Source: Bellilinea caldifistulae (GTDB lineage Bacteria; Chloroflexota; Anaerolineae; Anaerolineales; Anaerolineaceae). From it: a stretch of 32,000 bases of DNA. A model generated the notes under the pieces. That model did not search any database. It was not told the origin of the DNA and saw nothing but the letters and a program-made list of their open reading frames with translations. The stretch lies in contig NZ_LGHJ01000024.1 of the NCBI RefSeq assembly GCF_001306055.1, forward strand, positions 63,938 to 95,937, read 5' to 3'. Both the position numbers and the translations under genes were made by a program. Shown here piece by piece: positions 26,218-32,000 of the stretch (position 1 is the first letter of the stretch; each line of letters opens with the position of its first letter).

Positions 26218-27240
26218 TCAGTATCCCAGTTCGGGGTCGTACAGATTATACAGGATATTCCCGCTCAAGTAGCGTTTTAAATTCTCCAAAAACAAATCCA
26301 TTGCCCGTTTGCTGTAATGGGCGCTGATACCGGAAATGTGCGGGGTGATGATGACATTCGGCATTTTCCACAAGGGGCTGGAGGGGGGCAGCGGTTCTTC
26401 GGGGAAGACATCCAGCGCGGCGCCGGCGATGCGTTTTTCCTGTAAGGCGGCGATCAGGGCGGCGTGGTTGACAATTCCGCCACGGCTGACATCCACCAGA
26501 AAAGCAGACGGCTTCATGGCAGCCAGTTCGGCTTCGCCGATCAAACCGCGGGTTGCCGGGCTGAGCGGCAGGCAGACGACCACAAAATCACACTCTTTCA
26601 ACATCGAACGCAAAGCCTGAATGGGATACAGACGGGTGAACAGGTCGCCGTTGGGGTCGCCCAGACCTTCGGGCGTGTAACCGTTATCTTCGGGGTGGCG
26701 CACATCGCGTTTGGCTGCCAGAATGCGGCTGCCAAAGGCATGCAGCAGACGGGCAACCTCGCGCCCGATACTGCCGTAGCCGACAATGCCGACCGTGCTT
26801 TCACGCAGTTCCACGGCGCGGAAACGCTCCCAGCGGTCTTTTGGCCATTCGGCACGCGCCTGAAAAGCCGCCAGTTCGGGGATTTTATGTCCCAGTGCCA
26901 GCAGCATGAGCAGGACATGTTCGGCAACCTGCGGGGCGGCTGCCCCGCTCAGGGTGGTGATCTGGATGTCCTTCTTGCCCATCAAGGGGTGGTCGGCCAT
27001 GTGATCTACCCCGGCAAAGTGAAACTGCACCCAGCGCAGGTTGGGCACCCATGCCGGATCGGGCAGGATACGGTCGGTGTACAGGATTTCAACCTGTTTC
27101 CACAGGTCAAGGGGAATGTCCTCTGCGCTGCGCACCGTGTGGGTCATCAGGCGGATGCGCGGCGAAACCTGGATGACTCTTTCCGTCTGTTCGGGTGGAA
27201 ACGAAACGGTAAACAGGGTGGGAATGGGGGTTGTGCTCAT
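26218..27240 (-). CDS. D-isomer-specific 2-hydroxyacid dehydrogenase (NAD-binding; glyoxylate/hydroxypyruvate reductase or PGDH-like)
   Basis: Rossmann motif VGIVGYGSIGREVARLL. Catalytic R/E/H context VDVSRGGIV, ALDVFPEEPL, ITPHISG. Its start overlaps the CoA-transferase B stop as ATGA (27237-27240). Confidence 0.9.
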   Translation of the reverse strand: MSTTPIPTLFTVSFPPEQTERVIQVSPRIRLMTHTVRSAEDIPLDLWKQVEILYTDRILPDPAWVPNLRWVQFHFAGVDHMADHPLMGKKDIQITTLSGAAAPQVAEHVLLMLLALGHKIPELAAFQARAEWPKDRWERFRAVELRESTVGIVGYGSIGREVARLLHAFGSRILAAKRDVRHPEDNGYTPEGLGDPNGDLFTRLYPIQALRSMLKECDFVVVCLPLSPATRGLIGEAELAAMKPSAFLVDVSRGGIVNHAALIAALQEKRIAGAALDVFPEEPLPPSSPLWKMPNVIITPHISGISAHYSKRAMDLFLENLKRYLSGNILYNLYDPELGY

Positions 27241-28001
27241 GATCCTTTCAGGTAAATTCCTTGGGGGTCGAGTTCCTCGCGCAGGATGCGCAGTTCCTCT
27301 GCGGTGGGTGGCTCGGTGGTGAGCAGACGGGGGGCAGCCCGCAGCGGCCAGCCGGTGTTTTCCTGCGCCTGTTCGAAAGTGGCGCCGGGGTGCAGGGCGG
27401 TCAAAATCAACTCGCCGTTCTCGTCCGGCTCCAAAATGCCCAGGTTGGTGACGACCGCCTGCGGGCCTTTGCCGCGCACGCCGGTGGCTTCGCGTTCGGC
27501 ACGCCCGCCCAGGAAGCCAGCCGAAGTGCGAAAGTCCACCCGCGCCGGAAAACGTCGCTTCTGGTGGGGGGTGATGATGTAACAGCGGTTTGCCCAGGCG
27601 GCGATTTCCATCGAGCCACCCGAACCGGGCAGGCGCACTTTGGGGCGGTGGTAATCGCCGATCACCGTGGCGTTGATGTTTCCGTACTGGTCAATCTGCG
27701 CCCCGCCAAGAAAGCCGACATCCACGTAGCCGCGCTGCAAGTAGAGGCTGAAAATGTCGTACATGCCGACCACCGAGCACGCCCCGGAGACGAGGGTGGG
27801 GTCGCCAATCGAAAGCGGCAGGCGCGAGGGGCGCGCCCCGATCACGCCGGCTTCGTAAATCATCACCAGATGGGGAGCGTGGGTGCGCATGGCCAGATTG
27901 CAGGCCAGATTGGGCAGCCCCACGCCGACAAAAACCCGGTCGCCATCGCGCAGCAGGCGGGCGGCGTTGATGGTCATCAATTCGGAGGCGGTGTAGTTCA
28001 T
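27237..28001 (-). CDS. Family I CoA-transferase, subunit B (glutaconate/3-oxoacid CoA-transferase beta-like)
   Basis: The start is set at ATG 28001 (MNYTASELMTINAARLLRDGDRVFVGVGLPN...), with GGAG 9 nt upstream and a 1-nt gap after the subunit A stop. The ORF-track 5' extension to 28262 lies inside subunit A. Confidence 0.85.
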   Translation of the reverse strand: MNYTASELMTINAARLLRDGDRVFVGVGLPNLACNLAMRTHAPHLVMIYEAGVIGARPSRLPLSIGDPTLVSGACSVVGMYDIFSLYLQRGYVDVGFLGGAQIDQYGNINATVIGDYHRPKVRLPGSGGSMEIAAWANRCYIITPHQKRRFPARVDFRTSAGFLGGRAEREATGVRGKGPQAVVTNLGILEPDENGELILTALHPGATFEQAQENTGWPLRAAPRLLTTEPPTAEELRILREELDPQGIYLKGS

Positions 28002-28002
28002 C

Positions 28003-28908
28003 TCAATAATCTCCATAATTGACAGGATGGCTGAGACGCGGGCGGACGTGCAGGCGGCGGTGGGTTTCTTCGCCCAGCTTTTGCCAGTATTCGGTGCGGT
28101 CTTTGACGCCGTACACCCATTCCTCCATCCAGCGTTGGGTCTCTTCGGGCGATTCGCTGATTTTGTCCCATTCCAGGTAGAAGGCATTGTCACGGTCGTA
28201 GTAGCCCTGGGTGTAGGAAGGGTGGGCGCAGTACGGCACATGGCAGACCGCATCCACCACAAAATCGGGGATGAGGGTGCGGTTTGGGTCGGAGCGGATG
28301 ACGGCTTCGTCCACGATTTCTTCGGCGGTCAGAATGACGGTTTTGGCGGCAAAGGCGGCTTCCTTTTGCTCGCCGATGATCCCCCAGATGTGGGCATTGC
28401 CGTGCACATCGGCGCGCTGGACATGCACAATCGCCACATCGGGGGTGAGCGGCGGCACGGTGACCACTTCCCGGCCGGTGTAGGGGTCGGTGACGCGCCG
28501 GTAGTTCGGGTTGACCCGTTCCAGATCACCGGCGGCGGTCGGGTTCATCGGCATGAAGGGCAGGCCGGCTGCACCGGCTTGCAGGCGGGAAATCATGCTG
28601 AAGTGGGAGTATTCCTCCCATTCCAGCCGCCCGGCTTCGATTTCGGTACGCACAATCCGCAGGGAGCCGACGCCGGGATTGCCGATGTAGGAGAAGATGA
28701 TTTTACGGGCGCAGCCGGCGGCGACCATCTGATCGTAGATCAGGTCGGGTGTGGCGCGGGCGAGGGTCAGGTTCCTGCGCCCCTGGCGGATGATTTCATG
28801 CCCGGCGGCAAATGGGATGAGATGGGTGAAACCGGCGGCGTAGATCGTGTCACCGTCGTGGACGAATTGAGCGATGGCTTCGTTGAGGGAACACAGTTTG
28901 TTGGTCAT
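28003..28908 (-). CDS. Family I CoA-transferase, subunit A (glutaconate CoA-transferase alpha-like, ~300 aa)
   Basis: MTNKLCSLNEAIAQFVHDGDTIYAAGF...IIRQGRRNLTL...SYIGNPGVGS is a typical CoA_trans subunit A N-terminus. It is immediately followed by subunit B. Confidence 0.85.
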   Translation of the reverse strand: MTNKLCSLNEAIAQFVHDGDTIYAAGFTHLIPFAAGHEIIRQGRRNLTLARATPDLIYDQMVAAGCARKIIFSYIGNPGVGSLRIVRTEIEAGRLEWEEYSHFSMISRLQAGAAGLPFMPMNPTAAGDLERVNPNYRRVTDPYTGREVVTVPPLTPDVAIVHVQRADVHGNAHIWGIIGEQKEAAFAAKTVILTAEEIVDEAVIRSDPNRTLIPDFVVDAVCHVPYCAHPSYTQGYYDRDNAFYLEWDKISESPEETQRWMEEWVYGVKDRTEYWQKLGEETHRRLHVRPRLSHPVNYGDY

Positions 28909-28934
28909 GGTTGAATTGTACCAGAGGGGGGGAT

Positions 28935-29222
28935 TTATTCCGGGCCGGGGCGGCGGCGCTGGTCTTTTTCGCGGTTGGCGGGGTTTTCGCCGCCTTTGTT
29001 TTTCTTTTTACCGGTCTGACGCAGCAGGCGAAAGCGCTCGGTCGGCTGTTTGGGCGGTTTGGGGCTACGCCACCACAGGATGGCGCCGAGGAAGAAAAAC
29101 ATCACTCCCCAAAGGAAGAGCGCCGAAACACCGCCGGCTTCACTCTGGGCTGAAAAAACGAACAGCAGCAGCAGGAAACCGCCGACCAGTAAAAAGAAAA
29201 CGCCCACCCGATTGACCAGCAT
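28935..29222 (-). CDS. Small hypothetical membrane protein (2 TM) with polybasic C-terminal tail
   Basis: 95-aa ORF. VGVFFLLVGGFLLLLFVF and ALFLWGVMFFFLGAILWW are followed by KPPKQPTERFRLLRQTGKKKNKGGENPANREKDQRRRPGPE. Third-position GC bias resembles the neighbouring genes. No clear SD and no family recognised. Confidence 0.45.
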   Translation of the reverse strand: MLVNRVGVFFLLVGGFLLLLFVFSAQSEAGGVSALFLWGVMFFFLGAILWWRSPKPPKQPTERFRLLRQTGKKKNKGGENPANREKDQRRRPGPE

Positions 29223-29238
29223 GCCCGGTTTGACAAAC

Positions 29239-29271
29239 GGGGCAGACCGGTACTACGGGCCGGCCTGCCCC
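29239..29271 (-). terminator. Stem-loop downstream of the aldehyde dehydrogenase gene (possible partial terminator/attenuator)
   Basis: The minus strand reads GGGGCAGGCCGG, loop CCCGTAGTA, CCGGTCTGCCCC: a 12-bp stem with one G-U pair. It is followed by GTTTGTCAAA, a weak U-tract. It lies 12 nt after the stop at 29283. Confidence 0.4.
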
Positions 29272-29282
29272 GCAGGTTGGAA

Positions 29283-30869
29283 TCAGATGCGGCGGACGCG
29301 GGTTTGGATTTGCTCGTGCATGTACAGTTGCAGGTAATGCACGCCGCCAGCATTTTTGCCACTGGAGCCGGAGCCTTTCCAGCCGCCGAACGGCTGGTAA
29401 CCCGGCCAGGCGCCGGTAGTGGCGCCCTGCGGACGGTTGGCGTAAGTTACGCCGGCTTGAATGTGATCAAAGAACCACTCGGCTTCTTCGGGGCTGCCGT
29501 AAAAACCGGCGGTCAGGCCGTACTGTACATCGTTGGCGCGCTGCATGGCTTCTTCCAGATTGCGCACCGCAGCGATGGTGGTGATCGGCACGAACATCTC
29601 CTGCTTCCAGAGGTGATGTTCGGCCGGCAGATCAACCACGAGGGTGGGGGTGCAGAAGTAGCCTTTGGCGTACTCGCCTTCGGTCAGCACCCGCCCGCCG
29701 GTCAGGATCTTGCCGTGCTGGCTGAGTTCTTCGCAGAACTGCTGATAATCTTTGTAGGAACTGCGGTTAACAACCGGGCCGAGGTACACCTTGCGGTCGG
29801 TCGGGTCGCCGATGGTCAGTTTTTCGGTCAATTCCACCAGCCGCTGGACGAGTTGATCATAAACCGGCTCTTCAATGTACACCCGCGAGCAGGCCGAGCA
29901 TTTCTGCCCTTGGAGACCGAAAGCCGAGCGGACGATGCCCACCGCAGCGTCTTCAAGGTCGGCGTTGCGGCTGACAATGGCGGGGTTCTTGCCGCCCAGC
30001 TCCAGAATGGTCGGGCGCACCCAGCGTCCCTGAGCAAAGTCGCGGAAGATCTTCATGCCGACATCATACGAGCCGGTGAAGGTGATGCCGTCCACCTCCG
30101 GGCTGTCAATCAGCGCCTGACCGAGCGTGCTGCCCGGCCCGGTGACGTAGTTGAACACGCCGTCGGGAATGCCGGCATCGCGCAGGCATTCGGCGATCAG
30201 GCGCGAGGTCCACGGTGTATCGGTAGCGGGTTTGATGACGACGGTGTTGCCGGTGACCAGCGCGGCGGCAGTTGGGCCACCGGTCAGCGCGCAGGGGAAG
30301 TTGAACGGGCTGATCACCACCCAAACTCCGTAGGGGCGCAGGACGGAGAGGTTGGTGGACTCGAACCCCACCAGCGGGTCGCGTCCCATTTCGGTGATGA
30401 AGCCGTTGCTGGCTTCCATGCGGTCGCAGGCGTAGCGGAAGAGGTCGGCGGTTTCGGCGACATCGCCCAGCGCTTCCATGCGGTTTTTGCCGACTTCCAT
30501 TGCCACAACCACGCCCATCTCGTAAATGCGCTGGTCAATCAGATCGGCGGCTTTGCGCACTAAGGCAACCCGATCCTGCCACTTCATGCGGCTCCACATT
30601 GGAAAGGCTTTGCGGGCGGCGGCGAGGGCGCGCTGGGCATGCCCGGCGTTGCCTTTTTGGAAGATGCCCAGCACCTGATCGGTGTTGGCCGGGTTGCGGT
30701 CCTCGAATTTTTCGTCCGCATAGACATCCTGGCCGTCAATGATCATGGCGTGTTCTTTGCCGAGGTTGGCGCGTACCTGCGCCAGAGCGGCTTCGAACTT
30801 GTGGTGCAGTTCCTCGGGCGGATTGAACATGGTGGCGTACGTCAGCTTGAAGGTGCTTTCGGCTGCCAT
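29283..30869 (-). CDS. pruA: Aldehyde dehydrogenase family protein, most like L-glutamate gamma-semialdehyde (1-pyrroline-5-carboxylate) dehydrogenase
   Basis: The start is set at ATG 30869 (MAAESTFKL...), with AGGAGG 11 nt upstream. ALDH motifs: FTGS, ELGGKNP, catalytic Cys in GQKCSACSR. The EALGDVAETADLFRY segment and the C-terminus PFGGWKGSGSSGKNAGGVHYLQLYM match the pattern of Bacillus/Thermus-type P5C dehydrogenases. Specificity and symbol are inferred, not proven. Confidence 0.8.
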   Translation of the reverse strand: MAAESTFKLTYATMFNPPEELHHKFEAALAQVRANLGKEHAMIIDGQDVYADEKFEDRNPANTDQVLGIFQKGNAGHAQRALAAARKAFPMWSRMKWQDRVALVRKAADLIDQRIYEMGVVVAMEVGKNRMEALGDVAETADLFRYACDRMEASNGFITEMGRDPLVGFESTNLSVLRPYGVWVVISPFNFPCALTGGPTAAALVTGNTVVIKPATDTPWTSRLIAECLRDAGIPDGVFNYVTGPGSTLGQALIDSPEVDGITFTGSYDVGMKIFRDFAQGRWVRPTILELGGKNPAIVSRNADLEDAAVGIVRSAFGLQGQKCSACSRVYIEEPVYDQLVQRLVELTEKLTIGDPTDRKVYLGPVVNRSSYKDYQQFCEELSQHGKILTGGRVLTEGEYAKGYFCTPTLVVDLPAEHHLWKQEMFVPITTIAAVRNLEEAMQRANDVQYGLTAGFYGSPEEAEWFFDHIQAGVTYANRPQGATTGAWPGYQPFGGWKGSGSSGKNAGGVHYLQLYMHEQIQTRVRRI

Positions 30870-30951
30870 AAAAACACATCCCTCCTGTTGGTGGTAAATG
30901 GATTGGGGTGGAACGAAGGCGGGTGAAACGCTCACCCGTGCGGATAATTCA

Positions 30952-30980
30952 AGTATAGCCCACTCGCGCCGCTTCGTCAA
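30952..30980 (-). promoter_or_regulatory. Sigma70-type promoter of the dehydrogenase/CoA-transferase operon
   Basis: On the minus strand: -35 TTGACG (30980..30975), 17-nt spacer, -10 TATACT (30957..30952). This implies a ~75-nt 5' UTR containing a perfect 7-bp hairpin (CGGGTGA/TCACCCG, plus coordinates 30920-30938). Confidence 0.5.
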
Positions 30981-31020
30981 AGTGTGGCTGCGGGAGTTTT
31001 CTTCAATGCCCCCACCTGCG

Positions 31021-31054
31021 CCTCCCCCAAAACCGTCAGCGATTTTGGGGGAGG
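31021..31054. other. Perfect 12-bp stem-loop in the intergenic region (possible terminator of the PT-tail protein gene, or a structured element)
   Basis: CCTCCCCCAAAA (31021-31032), 10-nt loop, TTTTGGGGGAGG (31043-31054). It lies ~90 nt downstream of the minus-strand stop at 31143. There is no U-tract outside the stem on either strand. Confidence 0.4.
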
Positions 31055-31142
31055 TGGCAGTGGAAAATTTTCCGCTTGTACCGGCAAGTCTCGCTACCGC
31101 TGGCGATGACCGCCCGGAAAAGAAAGCCGGGGTCGGTTGATC

Positions 31143-32000
31143 CTATGGGTCGTGAATGGGCGGAGGGCCGGGAGGCGGCGGGTTGACCGGCGGTGTGTTG
31201 GTGGGCGGCGGTGGGGGTGGCGTGGCGGTCGGCGGAGTGGGCGTATCCGTGGGTAACGGTGTGACTGTCGGCGGGAGTGGTGTTGCGGTGGGTGGCGGTG
31301 TTTCGGTCGGCTCGGGAGGTGCGGCGGTGGGCGATGGCGTGATCGTCGGCGGGGCGGTCACAGTCGGCAGGGGAGTGGCGGTGGGTGGCGTGGTTGGGCT
31401 GGGTTGCAGCGGCGGCGGAGCGGCGGGCGGTTGAGTGGGACTGAGAGTGGCGGTGGATGTGGCGGTTGCCGTGGCCGTGAAGGTGGTGGTCGGCTGGATG
31501 GGCTGCAAGCCGCGGCGCGCCTCAGCCGTTGGAGTGGGTGTCTCGGTCTCCACAGCGGGCGGTTCAAAGTCGGCTCTGGTTTCCGGCCCAAATGGGCAGG
31601 GCTGCGGCCCGGGGCAGTGCGGCCCGCCCGGCAGCCAGCCGGAGTGGTTGAGAATGGTGACCGATACGCTGTTGCGATAGGCGGTTTCGGCCTGATAGGG
31701 CGCTTCAATCTCGTAATCATAACAACGGTTCTCGCCGGGCGGGATCGGTTCGGCGGGGATGATCAGCTGGTTGGCGCCCGGCAGGGGCTGCCACTCCTGC
31801 CGGCGTGGCTTGATCTCGATTTGATCGAAGACGGCTAAACCTTCCGTAAAGCGCTCGCCGATGTTACGCACGCAAATCCGTCCGTAAACGATCATAGTCT
31901 GTCCGATGGCGCCTTCCTTCCAGCGGGCGGCGGCGACTTTCTGGGCTTCGATGCTCGTGCCAGCCTGGGCGGGGCCGGTCAGGGTTGGGGTGGATGAGGG
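31143..32000 (-). CDS. Secreted/surface protein fragment with a ~140-aa C-terminal Pro/Thr-rich tail (5' end beyond the window)
   Basis: The minus-strand frame stays open from 31896 to the window edge at 32000 (translation PSSTPTLTGPAQAGTSIEAQKVAAARWKEGAIGQT then MIVYG...). The ATG at 31895 is therefore probably internal. A globular region (ICVRNIGERF...YDYEIEAP...SVSVTILNHSGW) is followed by the PT tail, ending ...PPPGPPPIHDP. Confidence 0.7.
   Translation of the reverse strand, partial: PSSTPTLTGPAQAGTSIEAQKVAAARWKEGAIGQTMIVYGRICVRNIGERFTEGLAVFDQIEIKPRRQEWQPLPGANQLIIPAEPIPPGENRCYDYEIEAPYQAETAYRNSVSVTILNHSGWLPGGPHCPGPQPCPFGPETRADFEPPAVETETPTPTAEARRGLQPIQPTTTFTATATATSTATLSPTQPPAAPPPLQPSPTTPPTATPLPTVTAPPTITPSPTAAPPEPTETPPPTATPLPPTVTPLPTDTPTPPTATPPPPPPTNTPPVNPPPPGPPPIHDP
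31146..31565 (-). repeat. Low-complexity Pro/Thr-coding tract (imperfect short repeats)
   Basis: It encodes EPPAVETETPTPTAE...TATATATSTATLSPTQPPAAPPPLQPSPTTPPTATPLPTVTAPPTITPSPTAAPPEPTETPPPTATPLPPTVTPLPTDTPTPPTATPPPPPPTNTPPVNPPPPGPPP. On the plus strand this appears as GGYGGNG-type reiterations. Confidence 0.75.

Noticed and set aside
26464-30563. Long plus-strand ORFs antisense to the metabolic operon (26464..27255, 27261..28022, 28027..28914, 29277..30563).
   Set aside because: Their translations are Gly/Ala/Arg/His/Val-rich with no recognisable motifs. The opposite strand encodes proteins with complete family signatures (2-hydroxyacid dehydrogenase, CoA-transferase A and B, ALDH). These are typical shadow ORFs of GC-rich coding DNA.
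30898-31140. 80-aa plus-strand ORF in the intergenic region upstream of the dehydrogenase operon.
   Set aside because: It spans the minus-strand promoter and the 12-bp hairpin, has no SD, and its translation (PPPAPPPKPSAILG...) derives from the stem sequence. It is most likely non-coding.
31156-31838. Gly-rich and Arg-rich plus-strand ORFs (31156..31434, 31404..31838, 31435..31680) and the out-of-frame minus ORF 31358..31720.
   Set aside because: They are mirror or shifted readings of the Pro/Thr-coding low-complexity tract. A poly-Gly/Val translation is the expected antisense artefact.
1-32000. Search for tRNA/rRNA genes, CRISPR arrays, IS elements, integrases, and att-like direct repeats flanking the candidate cassette.
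   Set aside because: The intergenic regions (all under 275 bp) show no cloverleaf-compatible T-loop/acceptor pattern and no regularly spaced direct repeats. No ORF has transposase or recombinase motifs. I see no obvious compositional break around 22.4-24.4 kb by eye; a k-mer or GC-skew computation would be needed to be sure.

Overview
Moderately GC-rich, tightly packed bacterial chromosomal DNA. I call 27 protein-coding genes, two of them cut by the window edges. By eye I found no rRNA, tRNA, CRISPR array, transposase, integrase or prophage remnant. Taxonomy cannot be assigned from sequence alone; a 7TM hybrid kinase, a TPR-TM-WD40 protein and Pro/Thr-rich secreted proteins are reminiscent of Chloroflexota-like genomes, but that is inference only.

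Layout:
- Left third (1-10.5 kb): tail of a homocysteine S-methyltransferase gene, a large polytopic membrane protein, a small membrane protein, an M23 peptidase, an ArsR-MFS pair, and a minus-strand envelope-glycosylation operon (type III PLP decarboxylase, then GT2 polyprenyl-phosphate glycosyltransferase, then a GT-C-like membrane protein, then an MprF-type flippase-like protein).
- Middle (10.6-22.4 kb, plus strand): lipoprotein, metallophosphoesterase, class II fructose-bisphosphate aldolase, TPR-TM-WD40 protein, 7TM hybrid histidine kinase, FGGY sugar kinase, and an SBP-PAS-GAF-HD-GYP receptor phosphodiesterase.
- Right third (22.4-32 kb, all minus strand): a metabolic operon (P5C/aldehyde dehydrogenase, small membrane ORF, CoA-transferase A and B, D-2-hydroxyacid dehydrogenase, HAD hydrolase, EamA exporter), followed by a separately promoted two-gene cassette. 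The window ends in a secreted protein with a ~140-aa Pro/Thr tail.

The most unusual element is that cassette at 22423-24401 (minus strand). A DEDDh 3'-5' exonuclease is translationally coupled to a 444-aa protein whose only recognisable feature is a Pol-beta-fold nucleotidyltransferase signature (G-S, 11 residues, D-A-D). Its stop codon directly abuts the stop of the convergent GAF/HD-GYP phosphodiesterase gene. I flag it as a candidate undescribed nucleotide-based signalling, defence or 3'-end-editing module. No effector and no mobile-element context are visible.

Three sigma70-like promoters with the same -10 hexamer (TATACT) and several stem-loops are also reported.
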